A DNA stretch of 64,000 bases, from positions 651,617-715,616 of the forward strand of contig JADKHN010000001.1 in assembly GCA_016721725.1 (NCBI GenBank). The letters are read 5' to 3'. Positions 26,998 through 37,188 of the stretch are shown in pieces. The first letter of the stretch is position 1. Every line of letters begins with the position of its first letter. The stretch comes from Chitinophagaceae bacterium (GTDB lineage: Bacteria > Bacteroidota > Bacteroidia > Chitinophagales > Chitinophagaceae). The notes under the pieces are model-generated. The model was given only the letters and a program-made list of their open reading frames with translations. It was not told where the DNA came from and did not search any database. Made by a program: the position numbers and the translations under genes.

Positions 26998-28259
26998 GGT
27001 TTGCTGGTCATTGATTGAGCAGCCGTTATCCCTTCTTCCAGGTGGATCAGCCGGGCCAGTTTCTTTAACGCGTTGGCATGGTCTTTAACATAGGGATTGT
27101 TCAGGTCCCAGACATAACCTGCCAGAACCGAACAGATCATGTTCTTGATCTCTTGGTTGGGTCTATCCGCAAAGAAGATCGTATCCAGCGTACCGTCGTA
27201 CCAGGCATTGACGTAGGAGCGGAAGGTATCCACACCCTGCATCATGGGTTCGGTATATTCCTTATTCCAATCGATGTTCTCCCCGTGGAGTTTCCGGATG
27301 ACCAGGTGGGCCGCCAGCTGACTGGAAACCGTGGCCAGTGTAACCCCGGAGGAGAAGACCGGATCCAGGAATTCGGTCACATTCCCCGTCAGTACAAATC
27401 CGTCGCCGAAAAAGGTGGAGGAAGTGGCCGACCAGGATTGAAGGATCCGGGGTTCAAACACAAAATCAACATCCTTCATCCGTTCGCTCAGGTAAGGCTC
27501 CGTATCGATCAGGGCACGCAACTGTTCTTCAAGGGTGCCACTTACTTTATCGAAGAATTCGGGCTCCCCGACAAATCCCACGGAGGTCTTGCCATTGGAA
27601 AACGGGATCACCCAGATCCAGATGCCTTTCTGGTGTACGATGATGGTGATCCGGTTGGGCTCATCAGACATGGAGCGCTTTACATCCACTACATGGGTGA
27701 ACAAGGTTTTGCGGGAGGGGAGGTGAGAAGGCCTGTCGAGATCGAATAATTTGGGGATCACCCTTCCGTATCCGCTGCCATCGATGATGAAGCGGGCCCT
27801 GATCTGAGATACGTTACCCTCTTTGTCTTCTACGGTGGTGACCGAATCCGACCCGTTGAATTCGATACCAGTCACGGTTGTCTCATAACTGACCGGTACA
27901 CCCATTTCTTCGACGGTATCCGCCAGTTTCTGATCAAACTCCTCGCGGGGCACCTGCCAGGTCCAGCTCCATCCGGGTGTGAACTGGTCGGCAAAGAAAT
28001 AATCGCAGACCTTGCCGTTCTTGACGAATTTGGCGCCGAATTTCTCCTGGAATCCGCATGATTTCACCGCATCGATGAATCCCGCTTCAGTGAGCGCTTC
28101 CATACAACGGGGCAACAGGCTCTCCCCGATCACGAACCGGGGGAATCGCAGTTTTTCAACGATCTTTACTTTGAACCCGGCCTTGTTCACAATGGACGCG
28201 GCTACGGTTCCTGACGGTCCGGCACCAATGACCAAAACGTCTACCTGTTCTGTTTTCAT
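26994..28259 (-). CDS. Flavin-dependent halogenase family protein
   Basis: GxGxxG motif VLVIGAGPSGTVAA, plus the hallmark WxWxIP motif GIWIWVIPFSNG. Confidence 0.8.
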   Translation of the reverse strand: MKTEQVDVLVIGAGPSGTVAASIVNKAGFKVKIVEKLRFPRFVIGESLLPRCMEALTEAGFIDAVKSCGFQEKFGAKFVKNGKVCDYFFADQFTPGWSWTWQVPREEFDQKLADTVEEMGVPVSYETTVTGIEFNGSDSVTTVEDKEGNVSQIRARFIIDGSGYGRVIPKLFDLDRPSHLPSRKTLFTHVVDVKRSMSDEPNRITIIVHQKGIWIWVIPFSNGKTSVGFVGEPEFFDKVSGTLEEQLRALIDTEPYLSERMKDVDFVFEPRILQSWSATSSTFFGDGFVLTGNVTEFLDPVFSSGVTLATVSSQLAAHLVIRKLHGENIDWNKEYTEPMMQGVDTFRSYVNAWYDGTLDTIFFADRPNQEIKNMICSVLAGYVWDLNNPYVKDHANALKKLARLIHLEEGITAAQSMTSKP

Positions 28260-28278
28260 GATATTGATTTTTAGTTTT

Positions 28279-29364
28279 CTAAATCGTAGTTGTTGATCTC
28301 CGGCATTTTAAGAGGGTCTGACTCAAGCCGATCTGGTTGGTCTCTTCCAGTATTTCAAAACCGGCCGCCCGGATACAGCGAAGAAATACTTCAGCGCTGT
28401 ACATCTGACTGTTGCCATTGGCAACGGTGGTAAAATACAGGGAGGTTTGATGCAAACAAAAAGCCGCGATCTCAAACCTTTGACGGTCCCAGAATGGTTC
28501 TAAAATAAACAAAAAGCCTTCATTATTCAATGCTTTGTGGCATCTTTTAAGGATGGAAATGATCTCTGCTTCAGCAAAGCAATCCAGGCACTGACTCAAC
28601 CAGATGGCATCAAAACCGGCGGGTACCGCAAAGCTCTCTTCCAGGATATTGGCCGGAAGGAATGAGACCCTTTCCGAAAGTCCCATCGCTTCGATATGGC
28701 CCCGGGCCATTTCCAGCTGACCGGGCAGGTCAACAATGGTGACCGTGATATCTGGTTGGTACCGGGTGGACGCGATCGCCCATTTGCCGGTATTACCGCC
28801 GATATCGAGCAATTTTTTCACCCCGTCGCGATAGACCAGGGGAAGTATCACTCGAAAAACATCATCGGAAAAAAAATGATCGAAGTTGAACCAACTCTCC
28901 TGGGCATGCTTAGGGAGCTGAGCAAGTCCTTCATAAACGGTCTTCCATTCGCCGAATTCTTTCAGGCCAACCGGAGTTCCGGTTTCTATACTCTTATCCA
29001 GCGTGAACATGGCCTTATAGCAGATATCGTGTTCGAAATCCATATTCACGCGAGTGAGCGGATCATGCAAAATGAAATAGCCGGTTTTCGTGATCCGGTA
29101 AAGATCCTCCTTTACCGTTACGAGGCCGATGCTGAGTCCTGCTTCCAGCAAAACACGAACCCCATAGACGGGGAGATTGACTTTCTGCGCTATCGCATCC
29201 AATCCAATACCGTTTCGCCTGCTGTCTTCTATCACCTGCAGGATACCCGAATTTCTCAGTACACGGGCAGCCTGGAAAACGGTGGGTCCAAAGGCGATCC
29301 ATTGTGCCGATTCTTTGGCTTGCAAAGCAGTGAGTTTGTCATCCTGGAAAAAAGGTTCTGGCAT
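28279..29364 (-). CDS. Class I SAM-dependent (O-)methyltransferase
   Basis: SAM-binding motif LLDIGGNTGKW. The N-terminal dimerisation-like domain is typical of small-molecule O-methyltransferases. Confidence 0.75.
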   Translation of the reverse strand: MPEPFFQDDKLTALQAKESAQWIAFGPTVFQAARVLRNSGILQVIEDSRRNGIGLDAIAQKVNLPVYGVRVLLEAGLSIGLVTVKEDLYRITKTGYFILHDPLTRVNMDFEHDICYKAMFTLDKSIETGTPVGLKEFGEWKTVYEGLAQLPKHAQESWFNFDHFFSDDVFRVILPLVYRDGVKKLLDIGGNTGKWAIASTRYQPDITVTIVDLPGQLEMARGHIEAMGLSERVSFLPANILEESFAVPAGFDAIWLSQCLDCFAEAEIISILKRCHKALNNEGFLFILEPFWDRQRFEIAAFCLHQTSLYFTTVANGNSQMYSAEVFLRCIRAAGFEILEETNQIGLSQTLLKCRRSTTTI

Positions 29365-29375
29365 AGTTATCTTTA

Positions 29376-30491
29376 TTATGATGTTATTGTGATTGCGGCA
29401 TTACAGCCTCCGAAACCGGAAGCCGTTTTTAGACAATGGCGAATGGTTGCTCTCCTCAGCTGGTTGCTGACATTCACCGGCTGGCTCACCCCCATTTGTT
29501 CGTAACCTGGTGTTGGCAGGATGATGCCCTGCCGCATCGACCAAACAGAGGCCACGGTCTCGATCAAACCGGCCGCCCCAAGTGTATGGCCATAATATCC
29601 TTTCAGGCTGTTCACCGGAACTTCCTGCAGCCCGGCCAGGTTGATCGCTTTCGCCTCCATCTCATCGTTATAGAGTGTGGCGGTTCCATGCGCCGATACC
29701 AGGTCAATGTCCTTTGAGGTCAATCCCGCCTCTTCCATAGCGCGATGCATGGATTGGAACAGCTCTTCGCCGGTTCTTGAAGGGCCTGAAATATGATTGG
29801 CGTCGTTGCTGACCGAACCTCCCGTCAGTTTTACGGATCGCTCAATCATTTCCTTACGGGAAAGAATGACCGTAGCCGCACCTTCGCCCAGATTGATCCC
29901 GGCGCGGGCGATATCAAATGGCTTGCAGGGTTGGTCGCTAACGGCCTGAAACGACTGAAAGCCGGAGAGGATGAATTTTGAGATCAGGTCGGCACCGGCG
30001 ACCACAACCTGGTCATACCTGCCCGAATGGATCAGCCTCATGCCGGTGATCATCGCCAGCAAACCGGAGATGCAGGCATTGGAGATCACCAGGGGCGGTT
30101 GTGTGAACCCGAAATGCGCGGCGATCCGTTTAGCGGAATCGTGCAGGGACACCCGCTGATGGATCCCTTCCGGCAGATCCCGGTTTTCGATCAGGCTGAT
30201 ATTTCCCTTTGTGGTGGAGATGATCAGCCCGGTCCGTTGATCCGAAGGATCGATGAGGTTTTGTTTCAGGACCTCGGAGATGGAATTAATGAGCAGTTGC
30301 TCAAAAGGGGTATGGACATCCTCTTCATTAAAAACGGCCGGGTCAAAAAGAGAGGCGAAGAAGGGTTGTTCCGACTTGCCGGGATTCTCATGCCGCCTGA
30401 TGCCGCTTTCCAGCCTGGTGAGCCGGTTGAAATTCTCCTCCGAGGTTTTCCCCAGGGGAGAATAAATATTATCGGCAATGATAAAAACCAT
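29376..30491 (-). CDS. Beta-ketoacyl synthase (aryl-polyene-type KS)
   Basis: Motifs SNACISGLLA (Cys), SAHGTATLYND and GHTLGAAG. Confidence 0.85.
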   Translation of the reverse strand: MVFIIADNIYSPLGKTSEENFNRLTRLESGIRRHENPGKSEQPFFASLFDPAVFNEEDVHTPFEQLLINSISEVLKQNLIDPSDQRTGLIISTTKGNISLIENRDLPEGIHQRVSLHDSAKRIAAHFGFTQPPLVISNACISGLLAMITGMRLIHSGRYDQVVVAGADLISKFILSGFQSFQAVSDQPCKPFDIARAGINLGEGAATVILSRKEMIERSVKLTGGSVSNDANHISGPSRTGEELFQSMHRAMEEAGLTSKDIDLVSAHGTATLYNDEMEAKAINLAGLQEVPVNSLKGYYGHTLGAAGLIETVASVWSMRQGIILPTPGYEQMGVSQPVNVSNQLRRATIRHCLKTASGFGGCNAAITITS

Positions 30492-30509
30492 GTTCTTCTT
30501 CGATTGGAA

Positions 30510-30935
30510 TTATGCCAGTCCTTGTTTCTTTTTCCAGGCTTCAAAAAATGGCGGATTCGATAACTGAAGTAAGGATTCTTCCTTATCCAAAAAAACCTGT
30601 ACGGAGGAGCCCGTCGCCACCAGGTCTCCGGTGGCCGCATTGAACAACCGGTAGCTGAATTTCAACTTGGCCGCCTCGCAGGGAATGAACCGGGTTTCCA
30701 CGATCACGGTATCGCCGTAACGCAATGATTTTTTGAAATCACAGGCCACGCTGACTACGGGTATGACATAGCCCAGTTTGAAAACATCGAGATAACTGAG
30801 GCTGTGCTCTTTACCGAAAGCCTCACGGCCGTCCTCGAAATAACGGATGTAATGGCCATGCCAGACGATCCCGAGTGGATCAGCCTCATTGAACCGGATC
30901 GAAATTTCGGTCCGGCAGATCAGTTTCTTATGCAT
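30510..30935 (-). CDS. 4HBT/YbgC-type hotdog acyl-CoA (or acyl-ACP) thioesterase
   Basis: 141 aa. RFNEADPLGIVWHGHYIRYFEDGREAF is typical of the 4HBT family. Confidence 0.75.
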   Translation of the reverse strand: MHKKLICRTEISIRFNEADPLGIVWHGHYIRYFEDGREAFGKEHSLSYLDVFKLGYVIPVVSVACDFKKSLRYGDTVIVETRFIPCEAAKLKFSYRLFNAATGDLVATGSSVQVFLDKEESLLQLSNPPFFEAWKKKQGLA

Positions 30936-30957
30936 AAAGGTTCAGCTTGGGCAGCTA

Positions 30958-31611
30958 TTATTCAGCATACCTCTTCTTCCATTCTTTGAATTTCTTTTTA
31001 TCAATATCGTCGATCAGTTCCTTGATGGTGGATGCCCAGTAATTACGGAATCCAAAACCGCCTTTGGCTTCTTCGACCATCCTTTCGGTCATCAGCATTT
31101 TTTTGGATTTAAGGTCAACAAAGGTCACCCAGATGGCGGCATCCCCTTTTTTATCCACCTTACGCATGGCTTCCATGATGAATACCACTCCAACGCCTTC
31201 CTTTCCTTTGATATCAAGTCCTTTGACCGCCGTTACAATATCACTTTCCTTCATGAAATTGAAATCGGAAGGGTTGTTGGAGATGATATCGCTGAGGTTC
31301 GCTTTTTGGTTCTTCTCCGAAACGGCGCTGGCGTAATTCTCCACATAGGATTTCCTGAAAGCGCCTTTGATGTCGAACTTCTTGAATTCATCCACAACAA
31401 GCTGATTGATGCTGTTGTAAAGTCGGTTCCGGATATCATCGGCATTACCCTGGTCGAGGATACGGGTCTTGCTGAAATCGATACCCAGGTAAACCAATGG
31501 AGTTTCACTGTTCGAAAAAACATCTTTCAGGGTCTGGGATGAAGCGGTCAGTGAAATTCCGCAGAAGAGCAAAGCGGCGAAAAGCCCTTTGAGGGTGATC
31601 CTACGTTTCAT
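30958..31611 (-). CDS. Hypothetical secreted protein
   Basis: 217 aa with a signal-like N-terminus ending in SSQ. Confidence 0.6.
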   Translation of the reverse strand: MKRRITLKGLFAALLFCGISLTASSQTLKDVFSNSETPLVYLGIDFSKTRILDQGNADDIRNRLYNSINQLVVDEFKKFDIKGAFRKSYVENYASAVSEKNQKANLSDIISNNPSDFNFMKESDIVTAVKGLDIKGKEGVGVVFIMEAMRKVDKKGDAAIWVTFVDLKSKKMLMTERMVEEAKGGFGFRNYWASTIKELIDDIDKKKFKEWKKRYAE

Positions 31612-31616
31612 AGTGT

Positions 31617-32066
31617 TTATTTTATGGGGTTGATGAATATTTTCATTTCACATTCTGCCAGCAATTCGTCACCGCAAAGAACACGGCCGGTGATCATCAT
31701 CACGTCGAATATCTGGTTGACGATGGTGATCTCGGTGACCAGTTCATTCCCGGTCTTCGGCAGAGCGTGGATCCGGAGGTTCTTGATCCCCCCGATAAAG
31801 CCTACCGGGGCCGGCAAATCTTGCTGGCTGGCGCTGAAACCCGATCTTGCCGCGGCGGTCTGGGCGATGTTCTCCGTCAGCCCGGGCGCGGTCAATACCC
31901 CGTCCTCCACAAAGAGATTATCGACCCTTACCGTCAGCCCCGTGCGGGCGGTTGTCTCATCACAATACAACAGCCGGTCGATCATCACAAAGGGCGGTCT
32001 TTGCGGGATTAAAGTTAGTATAGTATTGTCGGGTAAATTCATTTTTTGTTTAATTCCAGAAATCAA
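31617..32066 (-). CDS. Hotdog-fold dehydratase-like protein
   Basis: LIPQRPPFVMIDRLLY resembles the FabZ N-terminal motif. The start could instead be the Met at 32042. Confidence 0.65.
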   Translation of the reverse strand: MISGIKQKMNLPDNTILTLIPQRPPFVMIDRLLYCDETTARTGLTVRVDNLFVEDGVLTAPGLTENIAQTAAARSGFSASQQDLPAPVGFIGGIKNLRIHALPKTGNELVTEITIVNQIFDVMMITGRVLCGDELLAECEMKIFINPIK

Positions 32067-32928
32067 AATAATTGAACCATTGGTCCGGGTAGCGTTTTAG
32101 TTTTTCTTCCATCGTTACGGCGTAATCTTCCAGCATTTCCTGCATCACTTTTTCCCGGTTGAATTGGCTGTAATCCCGGATATCCGTAGCGAACAGGTGA
32201 TAATGCAAGGGGCTTTCCTTTACGGCGAATACAAATGATACCGGCACTTTAAAGGTCGCGGCCAGGATAAAAGGTCCCTGTGGGAACCGGGCCGGTGAAC
32301 CCAGGAAATCTGCCCTGATCGTTTTATTGCCTTCGATGAACCGGTCGGCGTGCAGGCAAACCAGTTCATTCCGCTGCAAGGCGTTACTGATCGCATAGAT
32401 ATGTGAAAGGTCATTCCTGATCACGATGATATTCATGATCCGTCCGCCGGTCACCCCATCAAGATACTGTTTAATCTGTTCATGCTCGCCGTCGAATAAC
32501 ACGATATTTATAGGGGTCTCCAGGCGTTTGAACAGGTGCCCGGCGATGTCCCAGTTACCAATGTGAGCGCTCAGCAGGATACCGCCTTTTCCCATGGCCG
32601 CGATCTTGCGCAGGTTCTCCTCTCCGTCGAAATGAAAACTGAACTGGTTGGGTATGCCCGACATCACCACCACTTTATCGATAAGGCCCTGCCCCAGCAT
32701 ATAATAATTGCGGTAGATCTTGAATACCGACCTGAGGCGGCCATAGCCCAGTTTATGACGGTAAAGGGAATAAATTGCCTTGGAGGCCCTGGCTGAAGTG
32801 AGAAAAAAATAAACGGTGACGAACCGCAGCAGAAAATAGGCAGGCCTGACCCCAAAACGCCTGATCACCCATACAAAGATCCGGTAACCCAGTTTGGTAC
32901 CCCGGGATTTTCCGTGCCAGGAGGACAT
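32050..32928 (-). CDS. LpxL/HtrB-like lysophospholipid/lipid A acyltransferase family protein
   Basis: 292 aa with an N-terminal TM segment. The family is recalled from aryl-polyene clusters. ATGA coupling to the upstream ACP gene. Confidence 0.6.
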   Translation of the reverse strand: MSSWHGKSRGTKLGYRIFVWVIRRFGVRPAYFLLRFVTVYFFLTSARASKAIYSLYRHKLGYGRLRSVFKIYRNYYMLGQGLIDKVVVMSGIPNQFSFHFDGEENLRKIAAMGKGGILLSAHIGNWDIAGHLFKRLETPINIVLFDGEHEQIKQYLDGVTGGRIMNIIVIRNDLSHIYAISNALQRNELVCLHADRFIEGNKTIRADFLGSPARFPQGPFILAATFKVPVSFVFAVKESPLHYHLFATDIRDYSQFNREKVMQEMLEDYAVTMEEKLKRYPDQWFNYFDFWN

Positions 32929-33185
32929 CAGACCAGCTCTTTTGCGTTAACGCGCGTTATGACGTAGTTGTAAAAATCTTCCAGGGTAACAATGCCTACA
33001 AAGTCTTCAGGCTTTACTTTGAAAGCGAAGTTGCTTTCGATCACCACCACCAGGTCAATATAATCCAGGCTATCCAGCCCGACGGTTTCTTTCAGATTGG
33101 CTTCAGGGATCAGTTTCTCGGCGTCCACTTCAAATTCCTCGGTGAGGAAACTATTGATCTTGTCGATGATTTCATTGTTCGTCAT
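32928..33185 (-). CDS. Acyl carrier protein
   Basis: 85 aa with VGLDSLDYIDLVV motif. Confidence 0.9.
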   Translation of the reverse strand: MTNNEIIDKINSFLTEEFEVDAEKLIPEANLKETVGLDSLDYIDLVVVIESNFAFKVKPEDFVGIVTLEDFYNYVITRVNAKELV

Positions 33186-33195
33186 AAGCGGTCTG

Positions 33196-34416
33196 TTAAG
33201 TTAATTTTCTGATGATCAGGGACGAGTTGGTACCTCCAAAACCAAAGGAGTTGGACAAAAATACAACTATATCTTTTTCCGTCGCATTTTTTACAATATT
33301 CAATTTGGCCGAATCCTCATCGGGATTCTCAAAGTTGATATTGGGTGCGAGGAAACCGTTCTGCATCATCAGTACAGAATATACGATCTCACTGGCGCCG
33401 GCCATCCAGCATTCGTGGCCGGTCATCGATTTGGTTGAACTGACAAAGGGTCTGCTGGCACCGAAGACCTCATCAATGGCGCGGGCCTCACTGGAATCAC
33501 CGGCTGGCGTGGAAGTGGCGTGCGCATTGATATAATCGATCTCCGAAGCGGAAATACCCGCGTCCCGGAGGGCCATATGGAGCGACCGGACCGGGCCTTC
33601 AACGGTAGGATTGGAAATATGCGCCCCGTTGGAGGAGAATCCATAGCCGATCACTTCGCCCAATATCTTCGCGCCCCTTTTTTGCGCCGATTCCAGGCTT
33701 TCCAGGATCACGGTGGCTGCGCCTCCACTGGGTATGAGCCCGTCGCGGTCGCGGTCGAAAGGCCGGGAAGCCCGGGTGGGATCGGATTCCAGAACGGAAA
33801 ACGCAGAGAGCGCGTCAAAATTACCCATGGATAAGTGACTGAGCTCCTGGGCCCCTCCGCAAATGATGCGTTCCTGCAATCCGGTCTTGATGAAATGATA
33901 TCCCAGCCCGATGGCATGGGAGCCGCTGGCACAGGCCGCGCTGATGGTGAAATTGATCCCCCTGAGCTTGAAAATGGTGGCCAGGTTCATGGTCACGGTG
34001 CAGTTCATGGTCTGGAATACCGACCCGGAACCCACCAGCATGGTATCTTTTTTCTCCCGGATGATGTCGTTTGATTCGATGACCGCCTTGGCCGAACTGT
34101 CGTTCCCGTATAAAATGCCCACTTCGTTCGCATTGATATAGTCCTGGTCGATACCCGCGATCTTAAGGGCTTCCAGGGTGGCAATATAGGCGTACTCGCC
34201 CTGTTCGGGCAGCATGATCCTCGCCCTGCGGTCGAGCAGCCCCTTCAGGTCGGGCCGGTCAACATAACCGGTCAGTCCCGAACGGTAACCATAAGCCTTC
34301 CTTACGGGATCGAGGATGATGCCGGACTTCCCCTTGTACAGGGAATCCCTCACTTCATCCAGGTTCTTGCCGATGCAGGAATAAATACCGATACCGGTTA
34401 TGACGACTCTGTTCAT
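33196..34416 (-). CDS. Beta-ketoacyl-ACP synthase I/II (FabB/FabF-like)
   Basis: Motifs SAACASGSHA, NAHATSTPAGD and GHECWMAG. Start placed at MNRVVITG. Confidence 0.9.
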   Translation of the reverse strand: MNRVVITGIGIYSCIGKNLDEVRDSLYKGKSGIILDPVRKAYGYRSGLTGYVDRPDLKGLLDRRARIMLPEQGEYAYIATLEALKIAGIDQDYINANEVGILYGNDSSAKAVIESNDIIREKKDTMLVGSGSVFQTMNCTVTMNLATIFKLRGINFTISAACASGSHAIGLGYHFIKTGLQERIICGGAQELSHLSMGNFDALSAFSVLESDPTRASRPFDRDRDGLIPSGGAATVILESLESAQKRGAKILGEVIGYGFSSNGAHISNPTVEGPVRSLHMALRDAGISASEIDYINAHATSTPAGDSSEARAIDEVFGASRPFVSSTKSMTGHECWMAGASEIVYSVLMMQNGFLAPNINFENPDEDSAKLNIVKNATEKDIVVFLSNSFGFGGTNSSLIIRKLT

Positions 34417-34514
34417 ATAAAAAGTCAAAAATTAAAAGGCAAAATTTAAAACTGCTCAATGATCGAAAGAACCATCCTGTCAAAAGCGCTGACTTCTGGG
34501 TTTTCACTTTTGCC

Positions 34515-35243
34515 TTAAGAATATAACCCTCCGTTCACCGAGATCACTTCTCCGGTGATATACCCCGCTTCGGGTGCGACCAGAAATCCAACCGCATGCG
34601 CCACTTCTTCGGGTGTTCCAAACCGTTTTACCGGTATCATGTTCTTCAGTTCCTTTTCATCCAGGCCTTCGGTCATATCCGTTTTGATGAATCCGGGGGC
34701 CACCGCGTTCACGGTAACGCCCTTCCGGCCTACTTCCTGGGCCAGGGCCTTGGTGGCGCCGATGACCCCGGCCTTCGCGGCGGAATAATTGGTCTGGCCG
34801 GGCAGTCCTTTCAGACCGGACAAAGAAACGATATTGATGATGCGGCCGAATTTCTTCACCAGCATATCGCCGATCAGCAGCCGGGTGACAAAGAAAAATC
34901 CGTCGAGGTTGATCTTGAGCACGTTGTCCCACTGCTCATCTTTCATGAACACCAGTAAAGCGTCTTCCCGGATCCCCGCATTATTGATCAGCACTTCAAT
35001 GGTCTTGTCCGGATTCTTTTCGATCCAGTCGCCCAGCTTTTGTTTGATGTCCCCGCGGTCCGAAACATCGAATTGAAGCAATTCCCCGTCGGCACCCCTT
35101 TCCCTTACCAGGGCCAGGGTCTGTATGGCTTCTGCTTCGTTCGACTTATAATTGATGATGATATGATATCCCATACCGGCCAGTTTGACGCAGACCGCCC
35201 TTCCGATACCCCTTGAACCGCCGGTGACTAATGCAAATTTCAT
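34515..35243 (-). CDS. fabG: 3-oxoacyl-ACP reductase (SDR)
   Basis: TGGSRGIGRA cofactor motif and catalytic YSAAK. Confidence 0.9.
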   Translation of the reverse strand: MKFALVTGGSRGIGRAVCVKLAGMGYHIIINYKSNEAEAIQTLALVRERGADGELLQFDVSDRGDIKQKLGDWIEKNPDKTIEVLINNAGIREDALLVFMKDEQWDNVLKINLDGFFFVTRLLIGDMLVKKFGRIINIVSLSGLKGLPGQTNYSAAKAGVIGATKALAQEVGRKGVTVNAVAPGFIKTDMTEGLDEKELKNMIPVKRFGTPEEVAHAVGFLVAPEAGYITGEVISVNGGLYS

Positions 35244-35280
35244 GATTCTTTTTTTGATCCCTTACTGATGCAATCGGGCA

Positions 35281-36852
35281 CTAGGCTGATGCGGTCCCGT
35301 TGTTGAACGCGATCAGGAGGCCTGATTCTTCAAAATGTTTTTTTATCCTCGCCAGGTCCTTGTACTTCGGCGCGTCTTCCACGAATTTCGGGAAAATGGC
35401 CCGAATGGACTGATAGATCTTGTGCGTTTCCGGGGACAGCCTCGGAACGCATTTCAGGTGGTCGATGGCCTGTAATACCGTCATCATCTGGATGGCCAGC
35501 ACTTCAAAAGAGTTATCGATCACCCGCTTGGTCATCAGGGCCGCATTGCAACCCATGCTCACGATATCCTGGTTGTCGTTGTTATTGGGTATGCTGTGGA
35601 GATACATCGGGAAGGACAGGGTCTGGTTCTCGGCCACCGTCGAGGTAGCGGTGAACTGCATGCCCTGCATGCCGAAATTGAAGCCCAGCACGCCCAGGTT
35701 AACAAAGGGCGGGAATTTCTGGTTGAGCTTTTCGTTCAGCAGATAATTCAACTGGCGCTCCGACAGCATCGAGAGTTTGGTCACGGCGATCTTCAGCTTG
35801 TCCATTTCCAGGGAAACATAATCACCATGAAAATTGCCGCCATGGAAAATATTCTTGTTCACATGGTCGATCACGGGGTTGTCATTGACCGAGTTGAGCT
35901 CGTTGACCACCACTTTCTCGGCCTGGACGATCGTATCATAAATCGGGCCCAGAACCTGGGTCACACAGCGCAGAGAATAATACTCCTGGACCTTATCCTC
36001 GAACACTTCCTGGTTCAGCTTATCGGGGTTGTACAGGTGTTCGGAACGGTCGCGGATCATCTTGCTGTCCTTGAGGATATTGCGAAGCATGGCCGCGATC
36101 TTGTTTTGCCCCGTGTGCTTTTTAACGATGTTCAGTTCATGGGAATAATGGTCGTCAAAGGCTTCCACCACTTCATTGATCATGGCCGACAACATCACCG
36201 ACCATTCCAGGAGTTTCTGTGCCTGGATGATGTTCACCATGCCGATCCCGGTCATGGCTGAAGTTCCGTTGAGTATGGCCAGTCCTTCGCGGATGCGGAT
36301 GTTCAGGGGCTGGATCTTCAGTTTATTGAATACTTCTGCCGTTGGCTGGACCTTATCCTCGTAGATGACCTCTCCTTCACCGATCAGCACCAGTCCGAGA
36401 TGTGCCAGCTGAACCAGGTCGCCGCTGGCGCCCACTCCCCCGTGTTCGAAAATGCAGGGATATACGTTCTTGTTGATCAGATCCTTCAGCAATCCGGCCA
36501 CTTCGGGGTGTACGCCCGAATAAGCCTGGATGAGGCTGTTGAGCCGGGCGATCATGACCGCTTTCACCAGCAGAGGCGGCATGAGGTTGCCGCCGCCGGA
36601 ACTGTGGCTGCGGATGAGGTTATATTGCAGTTGAAGGAGGTTCTCTTCACTGATCTTGTACTGTGCCATCGGGCCAAAACCCGTATTGATGCCATAGATC
36701 AGCTTATTGGAGGAAAATTGCTGTAAAAAAGCGAAATTCTCTGCCACTTTATCAAGCGCCCCTGCCTGCAAGTCTACCGGACTGCCCTTAAAAAGGATCT
36801 CCGAAAAATCATCGAGCGTAAGGGTGCCTTCGCCAACTTGTATCATATCCAT
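35281..36852 (-). CDS. Aromatic amino acid ammonia-lyase (HAL/TAL/PAL family); probable tyrosine ammonia-lyase
   Basis: MIO-forming GASGDL motif (GGVGASGDLVQLAHL). The cluster context implies a 4-coumarate starter. Substrate assignment is an inference. Confidence 0.85.
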   Translation of the reverse strand: MDMIQVGEGTLTLDDFSEILFKGSPVDLQAGALDKVAENFAFLQQFSSNKLIYGINTGFGPMAQYKISEENLLQLQYNLIRSHSSGGGNLMPPLLVKAVMIARLNSLIQAYSGVHPEVAGLLKDLINKNVYPCIFEHGGVGASGDLVQLAHLGLVLIGEGEVIYEDKVQPTAEVFNKLKIQPLNIRIREGLAILNGTSAMTGIGMVNIIQAQKLLEWSVMLSAMINEVVEAFDDHYSHELNIVKKHTGQNKIAAMLRNILKDSKMIRDRSEHLYNPDKLNQEVFEDKVQEYYSLRCVTQVLGPIYDTIVQAEKVVVNELNSVNDNPVIDHVNKNIFHGGNFHGDYVSLEMDKLKIAVTKLSMLSERQLNYLLNEKLNQKFPPFVNLGVLGFNFGMQGMQFTATSTVAENQTLSFPMYLHSIPNNNDNQDIVSMGCNAALMTKRVIDNSFEVLAIQMMTVLQAIDHLKCVPRLSPETHKIYQSIRAIFPKFVEDAPKYKDLARIKKHFEESGLLIAFNNGTASA

Positions 36853-37188
36853 TATTTATCTTCTTTCAATAGTACTTAACGATGCCGGTAAAAATAGAAT
36901 AAAGATTGCAATTATTAATTTTTTGAGGCTTCATCCCCCTTTAAAGTATAAATAAGGTTGAAACGGATCCGTTCCGCCCTTTGAGCCGGTGCAAATTTAA
37001 TTCAACGGGGGCAGCCCGGAGCAGCTTGTTGATGAATATAAAAAAAATACGGACTGTTTCCTGAACGGCACGATCTTCCCTGAGGATGCATTATTCCCGG
37101 CGAAAGGTTTTTAACTTTTCTCCAGTAACTAAAAGGTATTGATTAAGTTATTTTCTCTAATTTTATTTTTCATTAAAATCAATAAGAG

